From the NCBI GenBank assembly GCA_964465415.1, contig CAYXJH010000003.1, forward strand, positions 1 to 37,507: a stretch of DNA of 37,507 bases, read 5' to 3'. The notes beneath the pieces are model-generated. The model did no database searches, was not told the DNA's origin, and worked only from the letters and a program-made list of their open reading frames with translations. The DNA is from an uncultured Gemmatimonadaceae bacterium. Lineage in GTDB: Bacteria; Gemmatimonadota; Gemmatimonadetes; Longimicrobiales; RSA9. This document shows, one piece after another, positions 16,482 through 24,587 of the stretch (positions within the stretch are counted from its first letter, which is position 1; every line of letters begins with the position of its first letter). Made by a program: the position numbers and the translations under genes.

Positions 16482-18242
16482 ATGAAGCAACTGATCGGTC
16501 GACACACGTGGGGAGCGCTCACGCTGCTGCTGGTTGCGGCAGTAGCGACGGCGCCAACGGACGCAAACGCCCAGGATCAGATGGGCGACCGCATCACCAT
16601 CCTGGTACCGAACCTGGCGCCGGGTGAGGGGCTGCGGGACCGGTTCGGCCAGCAGGTCGCCCGGGAACTGCGCTCCGCCATCGAGAACCTCCGGACGCAC
16701 CGGACCGTAGAGGATCGGGACCTCAGGGACGCCATGCGCCGGTACAGCCTGAGCCAGCAGGACCTCTATGAGTGCATCCGCGCTCGTCAGCTGGCCATGC
16801 AGCAGAACTGGGGGTTGGTCGTCTGCGGCGAGTACGAGAACGTCGGGGGCGGCGAGGTCCAGGTAACCGCCAGCTTCGTCGGCGCCCAGGACGGTGAGTC
16901 CTTCGATGTCGAGCCGTTCACGGTGAGTGAGCGGGACGCCCGTCAGGCGGCCCACCAGATCCTCCAGACGTTCGACGAGTGGCAGAACCAGCTCCGGCAT
17001 ACGGTCTTCTGCCAGCAGTACGTAGACAGTGAGCAGTGGGATCAGGCGCTGACCAACTGCGAGCGCGCGCTCGAGATCAACCCCGCCTCGCGGTCGGCCC
17101 GCTACATGACGGCCTATATCCACTGGCAGATGGATCGCCATGACGAGGCGCTGGGCGTCCTCGACCAGGTGTTGCAAGTGGATCCGATCCACCAGGACGC
17201 CCTGAAGCTCGGTGGGATCGTTGCGACGCAGATGGGCGACCGGGAGCTGGCCCGCTCGTACCTGGATCGGTACATGGAGCTGAACCCGGGCGACGTGCAC
17301 GTCCGGTTGACCATCGCCACGGAGATCGCCTCCGCCGGTGACCCCGAGGGGGCGCTGCGGTTCGCCCAGGAGGGTGCGGAGATCGAGCCGGACAACCTCG
17401 ACCTGGTCACCTACATCGGCCACTTCGCCACCAACGCGGCGGTGCAGGCCGAGGCCCAGCTGTCACGGGGCAACGCGACCGGCACGGTCGATCCGGCCCA
17501 GATCACAGAGCTGTACCAGACCGCGGCACAGGCGTACGAGCGTGTCTTCGACGCCGAGGGTGTCGAGGTCGATGAGCAGATCCTGGAGCGCCTGGTGATC
17601 GCGCGGTTCAAGCTCGGGCAGATGGACGAGGCCATCGAGCTCGGCCGTCGGGCCACCGAGGCCATGCCAGAGAATGCGGCGATCTGGGACGCGTACTCGC
17701 GCGCTCTGGAAGAGGCCGGTCAGACCCGCGAGGCGCTGGCCGCCATCGAGCGGGCCCAGTCTCTCGGTCGGTCGAGCGCCGCGCTCACGCAGCGTACCGC
17801 TCTGCTTCACGTCAGCGCCGGTAACATGGATCGCGCCATCAGCACGCTACAAAGCGCTGCGGCGAGCGGCGAAATCCGGGCCCAGGACGGGTGGCGGATC
17901 ATGTTCCGCCACGCGCACCAGGACAAGTTCCGGGCCGGGCAGCTGAGCGAGGCCTATCGGGTCCTCGAACAGGCCGGGCCGCTCGCCACGGCGGAGGAAG
18001 ACCGCCTCGCGCGGAACTTCTGGATGGGGTACTTCCTCTTCGAGCAGGCCCGGAGAGCGCATGAGCCCCAGACGGCGGAGTCCGCCCGTCGGGCCAAGCC
18101 CATGTTCGAGCGCGCGCTCGAGCTGTTCCAGGCAGCCCGCGGATACGAGCGGATCGAGGCGTCTGCCAACGTGCCGAGCCTGATCGACAACACGAGGCAG
18201 TTCATCGAGATCCAGGATGCGTTGATCCGCCGCGGTCGCTGA
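16482..18242 (+). CDS. secreted TPR-repeat protein
   Basis: The internal ATG at 16482 gives a Sec signal peptide (MKQLIGRHTWGALTLLLVAAVATAPTDANA/QD). The remainder carries multiple TPR-like repeats, such as WDQALTNCERALEINP, HDEALGVLDQVLQVDP, ELARSYLDRYMELNP and REALAAIERAQSL. Confidence 0.8.
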   Translation: MKQLIGRHTWGALTLLLVAAVATAPTDANAQDQMGDRITILVPNLAPGEGLRDRFGQQVARELRSAIENLRTHRTVEDRDLRDAMRRYSLSQQDLYECIRARQLAMQQNWGLVVCGEYENVGGGEVQVTASFVGAQDGESFDVEPFTVSERDARQAAHQILQTFDEWQNQLRHTVFCQQYVDSEQWDQALTNCERALEINPASRSARYMTAYIHWQMDRHDEALGVLDQVLQVDPIHQDALKLGGIVATQMGDRELARSYLDRYMELNPGDVHVRLTIATEIASAGDPEGALRFAQEGAEIEPDNLDLVTYIGHFATNAAVQAEAQLSRGNATGTVDPAQITELYQTAAQAYERVFDAEGVEVDEQILERLVIARFKLGQMDEAIELGRRATEAMPENAAIWDAYSRALEEAGQTREALAAIERAQSLGRSSAALTQRTALLHVSAGNMDRAISTLQSAAASGEIRAQDGWRIMFRHAHQDKFRAGQLSEAYRVLEQAGPLATAEEDRLARNFWMGYFLFEQARRAHEPQTAESARRAKPMFERALELFQAARGYERIEASANVPSLIDNTRQFIEIQDALIRRGR

Positions 18243-18263
18243 TCGAAACGGGCCGCTTCAGGG

Positions 18264-18297
18264 AGGCGCCGGCTGGACTTCGTTCCAGCCGGCGCCT
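18264..18297. terminator. GC-rich hairpin between convergent genes (putative bidirectional intrinsic terminator)
   Basis: There is a perfect 14-bp inverted repeat, AGGCGCCGGCTGGA (18264-18277) and TCCAGCCGGCGCCT (18284-18297), with a 6-nt loop. It lies 22 nt after the TPR gene stop and 12 nt after the lipid kinase stop. There is no clear U-tract on either side. Confidence 0.55.
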
Positions 18298-18308
18298 TCG
18301 CGTGGGCC

Positions 18309-19205
18309 TCACTCCGCGGTGGGGCCCGCCGGAGTCATAAGCAAAAGGCGGCGCTCTTCCACCGTGTATATGAAGCTGGGCCCATCCACGGACTCACCGT
18401 CCGCGTTCACCGAAAGCCCACCCTGGGCTTCCACCACCAGGTGCGACGTGCGGAAGTACTCCACGGACCGATCGTCCAGGTGGGCGCCGGATCTGAAGTT
18501 CGGGATCAGCGCGAGAAAGTCGATTCGCGGCATGTCCGGCACGATCATGACGTCCAGCATGCCATCATCCAGCTCAGCGCGGGGCGTGACCATGTTGCCG
18601 CCCCCGGTTTGCTTCCCGTTGCCCACAGCGTACAACAGCACGTCCCCGTCGAAGACCGGATCCCCCTCCGACACGAACCGAGCCGTGGACGGCCGTAGAT
18701 CCACGAACTCCCGGACCCCGGTGACGACGTAGGCCCACGGACCCAACAGACGTTTCGATTCCGAGCTGGCACCCTCCGTCGATGCGGCACCGAAGCCCCC
18801 CGTCGACACGTTCAGAAAATACCTGCCGTTCAAGAGCCCCACGTCCACCGCCCGCGGCACTCCCCCGATCGCCACGTCAACAGCCCCTTGGATGTCCAGC
18901 GGGATCCCCAGGGATGAGGCAAAATCATTCGCCGTGCCGGCCGGCACGATGGCCAGCCGGCCCTCCCACCCCGACCGCAACACACCATTCACCACCTCGT
19001 TCAGCGTCCCGTCACCCCCCACCGCCACGATCATGTCAGCGCCCTCCTTCGCGGCGATCCCCGCGAAGCGCGCCCCATCACCCGATTCGAACGTGAGGCG
19101 AGGAAACACATCATGACCCTGCGCCCGTAGCCCGGCGATGGCGGATCGAACTTCTTCCATCTCGGCCTCTCCGTCGCGGGGGCGGATGATCAGCCCGATG
19201 CGCAC
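18309..19205 (-). CDS. diacylglycerol-kinase-family lipid kinase (YegS/BmrU type)
   Basis: The DAGK catalytic motif MIVAVGGDGTLNEVVNGV is present, with PAGTANDFA and G.FLNVSTGGFGA downstream. The start is set at GTG 19205 (VRIGLIIRP..), which is preceded by GGGAGGAG 7 nt upstream. The 68 upstream codons in the track ORF (19206-19409) run through the mraZ promoter region and are Pro/Cys/Thr-rich. Confidence 0.85.
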   Translation of the reverse strand: MRIGLIIRPRDGEAEMEEVRSAIAGLRAQGHDVFPRLTFESGDGARFAGIAAKEGADMIVAVGGDGTLNEVVNGVLRSGWEGRLAIVPAGTANDFASSLGIPLDIQGAVDVAIGGVPRAVDVGLLNGRYFLNVSTGGFGAASTEGASSESKRLLGPWAYVVTGVREFVDLRPSTARFVSEGDPVFDGDVLLYAVGNGKQTGGGNMVTPRAELDDGMLDVMIVPDMPRIDFLALIPNFRSGAHLDDRSVEYFRTSHLVVEAQGGLSVNADGESVDGPSFIYTVEERRLLLMTPAGPTAE

Positions 19206-19310
19206 CGCGTTCGCTCCTCCCTGAGCCCGGTTCCGACCCTGCTGGATGCTGAATTCACAGCGCAAGGGACGGGCCGAAGCAGTGGGGTGCGTGGAGGCCT
19301 CACACCAGCC

Positions 19311-19340
19311 TTGACATGCGGTGGGTACGCCGCCTACGTT
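19311..19340 (+). promoter_or_regulatory. putative sigma70-type promoter of the dcw operon
   Basis: A perfect -35 TTGACA (19311-19316) is followed by an 18-nt spacer and the -10-like TACGTT (19335-19340). It lies about 70 nt upstream of the mraZ start, immediately upstream of the GTGGGG repeats. This is sequence pattern only. Confidence 0.35.
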
Positions 19341-19351
19341 GGTGGCGCGAG

Positions 19352-19377
19352 GTGGGGTACAGTGGGGACAGGTGGGG
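19352..19377 (+). promoter_or_regulatory. MraZ operator: three direct GTGGGG repeats at exact 10-bp spacing
   Basis: GTGGGGtacaGTGGGGacagGTGGGG, with hexamers at 19352-57, 19362-67 and 19372-77, lies 34-59 nt upstream of the mraZ GTG. This matches the direct GTGGG repeats separated by short fixed spacers described as the MraZ binding site upstream of mraZ in E. coli. Additional single GTGGG(G/T) copies occur at 19282-19287 and 19321-19326. Confidence 0.65.
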
Positions 19378-19410
19378 AACACGACCACAACGGGCCACGG
19401 CGGAGCCACC

Positions 19411-19842
19411 GTGCCGACGTTTTTGGGGAGTTACACCTACACGCTGGACGACAAGGGGCGGGTGAGTTTGCCGGCCCCTTTCCGACGGGAGGCCGAGGAT
19501 CAGCGGTTCGTGCTGCTCCAGGTCTATCCGCCGGCGTTGGCGTTATACCCTGACGCGGCCTGGCGGGATGTGGAAGAGCGACTGCGGGGCGTGCTGCGGA
19601 ACGACCCGGACGCTCGGATGTGGGTCCTGCGGGTGATGTCCAGTGCGGTGGAAGTGACCCCGGACAGTCAGGGGCGGATCCTGGTTCCCGGTCGTCTCCA
19701 GCAAGCAGCGAACCTGGCGGGCCAGGTGCTGCTTGTGGGCGCGATCGACAAGGTGGAGATGTGGAACCCGTCGGACTTCGAGGGTGCGGTGGAGGGGAAG
19801 GAGGACACGTTCGACCGTTACGCCCCACAGATATTCCGGTGA
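19411..19842 (+). CDS. mraZ: transcriptional regulator MraZ
   Basis: GTG 19411 gives VPTFLGSYTYTLDDKGRVSLPAPFR.., the canonical MraZ N-terminus. The second SpoVT/AbrB-like half carries DSQGRILVPGRL. The product is 143 aa and is the first gene of the dcw cluster. Confidence 0.9.
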   Translation: MPTFLGSYTYTLDDKGRVSLPAPFRREAEDQRFVLLQVYPPALALYPDAAWRDVEERLRGVLRNDPDARMWVLRVMSSAVEVTPDSQGRILVPGRLQQAANLAGQVLLVGAIDKVEMWNPSDFEGAVEGKEDTFDRYAPQIFR

Positions 19843-19867
19843 GGCGGACCGGATCGAGGCTGGGCGG

Positions 19868-20782
19868 TTGAGCGCCTACCACGAGCCGGTACTGAAGTCG
19901 GAGGTGGTGGCTCTACTGGAGCCTGGGCGGGGAGGTCTATACCTGGACGGCACGCTGGGCGGCGGAGGCCACAGCGAGGCGATCCTGGCGGCTTCCCCGT
20001 CGTCGCGAGTGGTGGGAGTGGATCAGGATCCGTGGGCCCGGGCGGAATCGGAGCGGCGGCTGGCGGGCTACGGCGAGAGGTTCGAGGCGTGGGAGGGAGA
20101 CTACGCGGACGCTGTGGAGCGTCTCAATGAAGGGCTGGCTGGCGCGCTGCTGGACCTCGGAGTGTCGTCGCACCAGATCGATGAGCGCGCGCGGGGATTC
20201 TCGTTTCGAGAGGGGACACCGCTGGACATGCGGATGGCGGGGCGCGGGGGACGAACAGCGGCGGACGTGTTGAACACGTATCCGGAGGAGGAGCTGGTGC
20301 GAGTGCTGCGGGACTTTGGCGAGGAGAAGCGGGCGTGGCCGATCGTGCGTCGTGTGTCTGCGCGTCGTCGTCAGTCTCCGCTGGGTACGAGCGAGGACCT
20401 GCTGGCGGTGCTGGAAGAAGTCTACGGTCGTCGTCTGACGGCGCAGGACAAGGCTCGGGTCTTCCAGGCGTTGCGGATCGAAGTGAACCGCGAGATGGAG
20501 TCGCTGGACCGGGCGCTCCCCGCGATCCGGGAGCGGCTGGACCCGGCGGGCGTGGTCGTAGTGATCTCGTACCATTCCCTCGAGGACCGACGGGTGAAGA
20601 ACGCATTTCGCGAGTGGAGCCGCGCCTGTGTGTGCCCAGCTGACATTCCGGTCTGCGTTTGCCGCGGCGCTCCGCTGGGCGAGACCCTGACGAGGAAGGT
20701 GGTGCGCCCATCCGCGGAGGAGGTGGATCGGAATCCGCGGTCACGGAGCGCCCGGTTGCGGGCGTGGAGGAAGGCAGCATGA
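19868..20782 (+). CDS. rsmH: 16S rRNA (cytosine1402-N4)-methyltransferase RsmH (MraW)
   Basis: Matching motifs are HEPVLKSEVVALL, DGTLGGGGHSEAIL, LLDLGVSSHQID, RGFSF, ISYHSLEDRRVK and NPRSRSARLRA. The TTG at 19868 is the first plausible in-frame start after the mraZ stop; the exact start is uncertain. Confidence 0.9.
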   Translation: MSAYHEPVLKSEVVALLEPGRGGLYLDGTLGGGGHSEAILAASPSSRVVGVDQDPWARAESERRLAGYGERFEAWEGDYADAVERLNEGLAGALLDLGVSSHQIDERARGFSFREGTPLDMRMAGRGGRTAADVLNTYPEEELVRVLRDFGEEKRAWPIVRRVSARRRQSPLGTSEDLLAVLEEVYGRRLTAQDKARVFQALRIEVNREMESLDRALPAIRERLDPAGVVVVISYHSLEDRRVKNAFREWSRACVCPADIPVCVCRGAPLGETLTRKVVRPSAEEVDRNPRSRSARLRAWRKAA

Positions 20783-21120
20783 GCCGAGGGGCACCGTTGA
20801 TCCGGGCGGGACTGTTGTTCCTGGTACTGCTGTCGTCCCTGACATTGGTGGTGTGGCGTCAGAGCCAGGCTCTGGAGATGCAGCGCGCGCTCGAGGCGGT
20901 CCGCCGGGACCGGGTGGTGGAGGAGTCTCGCCGTACGGCACTGTTGCGGCGGGTCGAACAGCTCGAGAGCCGGGGCTGGGTGTCCGAGGCGGCGGGTTCG
21001 AGATTCGGAATGCGGCTCCCGTCGGGTGACGAGATCGTGATCCTCCCGCTGGGCGATCCGTCGACCCCCCTCCTGGCGGCGACCGGCCGCCGGGAGGCGC
21101 CGAGGGGGGGCGGCGGATAG
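20779..21120 (+). CDS. ftsL: cell division protein FtsL
   Basis: The 113-aa product has a single TM helix (LIRAGLLFLVLLSSLTLVVW) followed by a coiled coil and the FtsL-like tail (RVEQLESRGWVSEAAGSRFGMRLPSGDEIVIL). Its position between rsmH and ftsI fits. The ATG overlaps the rsmH stop (ATGA). Confidence 0.72.
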   Translation: MSRGAPLIRAGLLFLVLLSSLTLVVWRQSQALEMQRALEAVRRDRVVEESRRTALLRRVEQLESRGWVSEAAGSRFGMRLPSGDEIVILPLGDPSTPLLAATGRREAPRGGGG

Positions 21121-23085
21121 ATGACGCAGCCTGGAGCGCTCCATGTCCGGCGACGCCGGGTGCTGCTGGGATTTCTGCTCGTCGGAGGAGGGATCCTGCT
21201 GGCGCGGGGCTTCCAGGTCCAGGTGGTTCAGGGGTCCGAATGGGACGGGCGGGCGGACCGGCAGCACCAGGAGGGAAGGTCGCTGCCGGCCCCGAGAGGC
21301 ACCATCTACGACCGCACGGGCGTGCCCCTCGCGACGACGCGCGAGCGGATCCGGGTGTCTGTGGCACCCCGGGAAGTGCGCGATCCGGACCTGGTGACCG
21401 CCGCACTCGGGGAGACCCTCCAGCTCAGTCCCGCGGCGATCCACCGAGCCCTGGACGTGAGCCGTCGGTGGGTGGTGCTACCGGAGCGCTACGATCCCTC
21501 GGTACGCAAGCCGCTGGAAGGCCTGACCGGCGTGTACATGGAGCGCGAGCTCGAGCGCTTCCATCCCCATGGCAACCTCGGCCGGGAGTTATTGGGTGCG
21601 CTGTCGCCGGACGGTCGAGCCCTGAGTGGTCTGGAGCTGGAGCTCGATTCGGTGCTGCGCGGCCAGCCGGGGTACGCCGTGGTCCGGCGGGACGGGCGGG
21701 GCGTACCGATCCCCGGTGCGCTGATCCCGGTCAGCGAGCCGCGGCCGGGGTTGGACGTGCATCTCACCCTGGACATGGGGCTCCAGGATATCGCGGAGCA
21801 GGCGCTGCGTCGCACCATCGCGGAGCAGGGTGCCGCGGGCGGGGACCTGATCTTCGTCGACCCGCGCACGGGCGAGGTGCTGGCGGCGGCGAGCCGACGG
21901 CAGGGCAGCGCGCACCACTGGCGCGGTGTGACGGACCCCTACGAACCCGGCTCAACGCTCAAGCCATTCCTCCTGGCGGCATTGCTGGACCGGGGTCTGG
22001 CTACGCTCCAGGACTCGGTTTTCGGAGAGCGTGGCCGCATGCAGATGGGGCGGCGGACGATCTCCGATGTCCAGGCGCACGGCTGGCTCACCGCCGCCGA
22101 GGTACTCCGCTACTCGTCGAACGTGGGCATGGTGAAGCTGACGGGCCGGCTCGACCCGGCCACGCAGTACGGCGTGCTCCGGGACTTCGGATTCGGAACA
22201 CCCACGGGCGTAGGGTATCCATCGGAGTCGGGCGGCCGGTTCACGCGGCCGTCCTCATGGTCGGCGCTGTCCCCGGCGAGCATTGCGATGGGGTACGAGA
22301 TCTCCGTTACGCCGTTGCAGATGACCATGGCGTATGGCGCGCTGGCGAACGGTGGCCGGCTGCTGGAGCCCAGGCTGGTGCGGGAGATACGGAGCGCGGA
22401 CGGCCGACTGGTGGAGCGGTCCCGGCCCCGCGTGGTCCGTCGAGTCGTCACGACCGGGACGGCGGCGGCCGTGGCGGAGGTCCTGGCCGATGTGGTTCAG
22501 GAGGGCACGGGCCGCCGCGCAGGCCTGGGCGAGTTCGCGGTTGCGGGCAAGACGGGGACGGCACGCGTGTTCGAAAACGGCCGATACCGGACCGACGCGT
22601 ATACGGCGTCGTTCGCCGGATTCTTCCCAGCTCTGGACCCGCAGCTGGTCTTTCTCGTGAAGCTGGACCGCGGCTCCCAGTACGGCGGTGCGGTCGCTGC
22701 GCCGGTGACGCGGGCGACGCTGGCTGCGGCCCTGGCTGCTCGCGCCACGCCCCTGGATCGCCGACCGATGGCCCACGTGATTCCGCCCGGCGGCGAGGAT
22801 GAGTCGATCGCGAGACTGGTCACCGGCCAGTGGCTGCCCCCGGCGCGGGGACCGTACGTGTTCAGGGTTGCGGCCGGGCCGCCCCGGCCGGCGCCATCAC
22901 TCGGGGCGAGTGCCGTACCGGACGTGAGCGGCGGCAGCGTGCGAGACGCAGCCGCTGCGCTCCATGCGGCTGGTTTCCGTGTGCACGTAGACGGTGTGGG
23001 TCGCGTTCGAGGAACGAATCCGGGACCGGGATCGGTGGCGGCGCGCGGAAGTGTGGTGCGCCTGACGGTGGGACGGTCGCAGTGA
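21121..23085 (+). CDS. ftsI: division-specific class B penicillin-binding protein FtsI/PBP with a C-terminal PASTA domain
   Basis: It has an N-terminal TM helix, a PBP dimerisation domain (RGTIYDRTGVPLA), and the transpeptidase motifs STLKP, SSN and KTGTA. The last roughly 55 aa, VPDVSGGSVRDAAAALHAAGFRVHVDG.GRVRGTNPGPGSVAARGSVVRLTVG, fit the PASTA pattern. Confidence 0.95.
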   Translation: MTQPGALHVRRRRVLLGFLLVGGGILLARGFQVQVVQGSEWDGRADRQHQEGRSLPAPRGTIYDRTGVPLATTRERIRVSVAPREVRDPDLVTAALGETLQLSPAAIHRALDVSRRWVVLPERYDPSVRKPLEGLTGVYMERELERFHPHGNLGRELLGALSPDGRALSGLELELDSVLRGQPGYAVVRRDGRGVPIPGALIPVSEPRPGLDVHLTLDMGLQDIAEQALRRTIAEQGAAGGDLIFVDPRTGEVLAAASRRQGSAHHWRGVTDPYEPGSTLKPFLLAALLDRGLATLQDSVFGERGRMQMGRRTISDVQAHGWLTAAEVLRYSSNVGMVKLTGRLDPATQYGVLRDFGFGTPTGVGYPSESGGRFTRPSSWSALSPASIAMGYEISVTPLQMTMAYGALANGGRLLEPRLVREIRSADGRLVERSRPRVVRRVVTTGTAAAVAEVLADVVQEGTGRRAGLGEFAVAGKTGTARVFENGRYRTDAYTASFAGFFPALDPQLVFLVKLDRGSQYGGAVAAPVTRATLAAALAARATPLDRRPMAHVIPPGGEDESIARLVTGQWLPPARGPYVFRVAAGPPRPAPSLGASAVPDVSGGSVRDAAAALHAAGFRVHVDGVGRVRGTNPGPGSVAARGSVVRLTVGRSQ

Positions 23086-24587
23086 TGGAGCTGCGGGCGC
23101 CGTCACCGATCCGGCTTTCGGTGGTCGTGGAGCGCCTACGGGCGGAAGGGCTCGTCCGGGAGGCGCCGGAGGCGGATCCGATTCTCACGGGTGTTACGGC
23201 TGACAGCCGGCTGGCGCGCGATGGCGATCTGTTCTGCGCCTGGACGGGCACGACACGGGATGCCCACGTGTTCGTGGCGGCCGCGGCGGAAGCCGGGGCG
23301 GCGGCCGCTCTCGTCGAGCGGCCCGTGGAGGCGGTGGTGCCCCAGGTGGTGGTCACGGCCGGGCGCCACGCGGCGGCGCTCGCGGCGTACGAGGTCATGG
23401 GCCGCCCCGGAGAGAACCTGATCCTGGCCGGGGTCACGGGCACGAACGGCAAGACTACGACGGTCTGGATCCTTCGTCACCTGCTGTCCGGCCGTTACGC
23501 GACCGCGTCCCTGGGGACGGTGGGCGCCGTGCTCCGTGACGGCCTCCCATTGCCCGGCACGGAGTCGCTTACGACCCCGGGGCCGGTCGGCATGGCGGCG
23601 ACCATGCGGGCATTCGCGGACCGCTCCATCGAAGCCGTCGCGCTGGAGGTCTCCTCCCACGCGCTGGACCAGGCACGGGTGCAGGCGCTGCGGTTCGACA
23701 TCGCGGTTTTCACGAACCTGTCACGAGATCACCTCGACTACCATGGCTCGTTCGAGCGCTACCGGGCGACGAAGCGGGAGTTCGTCGAGCTGCTCGCGCC
23801 GGCCGGTGTCGCGGTGATCAATGCCGACGATCCGGCCTGGGACGGCCTCGAGCGCCGCGCCCCTTCGGCGGTGCGGTTCGCGGTGGAAGGGGGCCGGGGC
23901 GCGGGCGAGGCGGATGTGGTCGCCGTCGAGGTGGTCGGGACGGCCGCGGGATCGACGTTCCGCATGATCACCCCGCGTGGCGATGCGGAGGTCCGGTTGC
24001 CCCTGCCGGGAGCGTACAACGTGCAGAACGCGCTGGGGGCGGGCGCGGCGTGTCTGGCACTGGGGTTCGAGTTGGAGGAAGTGGTCACGGGCCTCACGGC
24101 GGCACCGCAGGTCCCCGGCCGCCTCGAGCGGGTGTCGGATCGCCCATGCGCGGTCTTCACGGATTACGCCCACACCCCCGATGCGCTGGAACGGGTGCTG
24201 ACATCCCTCCGGGGCGTAGCGAACGGCCGGCTCGTTGTCGTGTTCGGCGCGGGCGGCGACCGGGACCCGGGCAAACGACCGCTGATGGGCGAGATCGCGG
24301 GGCGTCTGGCGGACGTGGTCGTGGTGACGTCGGACAATCCCAGGACAGAGGATCCGGACGCGATCATCGACCAGATCATGGACGGGATCGAGCGGAAGGA
24401 TGCGGTGCGGATCACGGATCGTAGGGCGGCGATCGAGCGATCGCTGGAGTTGGCGGAGCCCGACGACGTGGTCCTGTTGGCGGGGAAGGGGCATGAAACC
24501 TACCAGGTGATCGGCGTCGAGACGGTCTCGTTCGATGAGCGGAGCATCGTCCAGGCGTGGGTCTCACGGAAGGATGGCGCGGGATGA
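23085..24587 (+). CDS. murE: UDP-N-acetylmuramoyl-L-alanyl-D-glutamate--2,6-diaminopimelate ligase
   Basis: It has the Mur ligase P-loop GVTGTNGKTTT and a DNPR motif (TSDNPRTEDP), which indicates meso-DAP specificity. The end region contains LLAGKGHE. The ATG at 23085 overlaps the ftsI stop (TGATG). Confidence 0.95.
   Translation: MELRAPSPIRLSVVVERLRAEGLVREAPEADPILTGVTADSRLARDGDLFCAWTGTTRDAHVFVAAAAEAGAAAALVERPVEAVVPQVVVTAGRHAAALAAYEVMGRPGENLILAGVTGTNGKTTTVWILRHLLSGRYATASLGTVGAVLRDGLPLPGTESLTTPGPVGMAATMRAFADRSIEAVALEVSSHALDQARVQALRFDIAVFTNLSRDHLDYHGSFERYRATKREFVELLAPAGVAVINADDPAWDGLERRAPSAVRFAVEGGRGAGEADVVAVEVVGTAAGSTFRMITPRGDAEVRLPLPGAYNVQNALGAGAACLALGFELEEVVTGLTAAPQVPGRLERVSDRPCAVFTDYAHTPDALERVLTSLRGVANGRLVVVFGAGGDRDPGKRPLMGEIAGRLADVVVVTSDNPRTEDPDAIIDQIMDGIERKDAVRITDRRAAIERSLELAEPDDVVLLAGKGHETYQVIGVETVSFDERSIVQAWVSRKDGAG

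Noticed and set aside
15268-16522. Two long - strand ORFs (15268..16458 and 15725..16522) crossing msrQ, the small TM gene and the 373-nt gap
   Set aside because: Their products are low-complexity. Where they overlap the + strand genes, the + frames have higher third-position G/C and sensible TM/coiled-coil features. No start or SD context supports them.
19206-19409. N-terminal 68 codons of the track's 366-aa lipid-kinase ORF
   Set aside because: This extension is Pro/Cys/Thr/Gly-rich and runs through the mraZ promoter and operator. The family N-terminus (RIGLIIRP) begins at GTG 19205, which has a strong GGGAGGAG SD.
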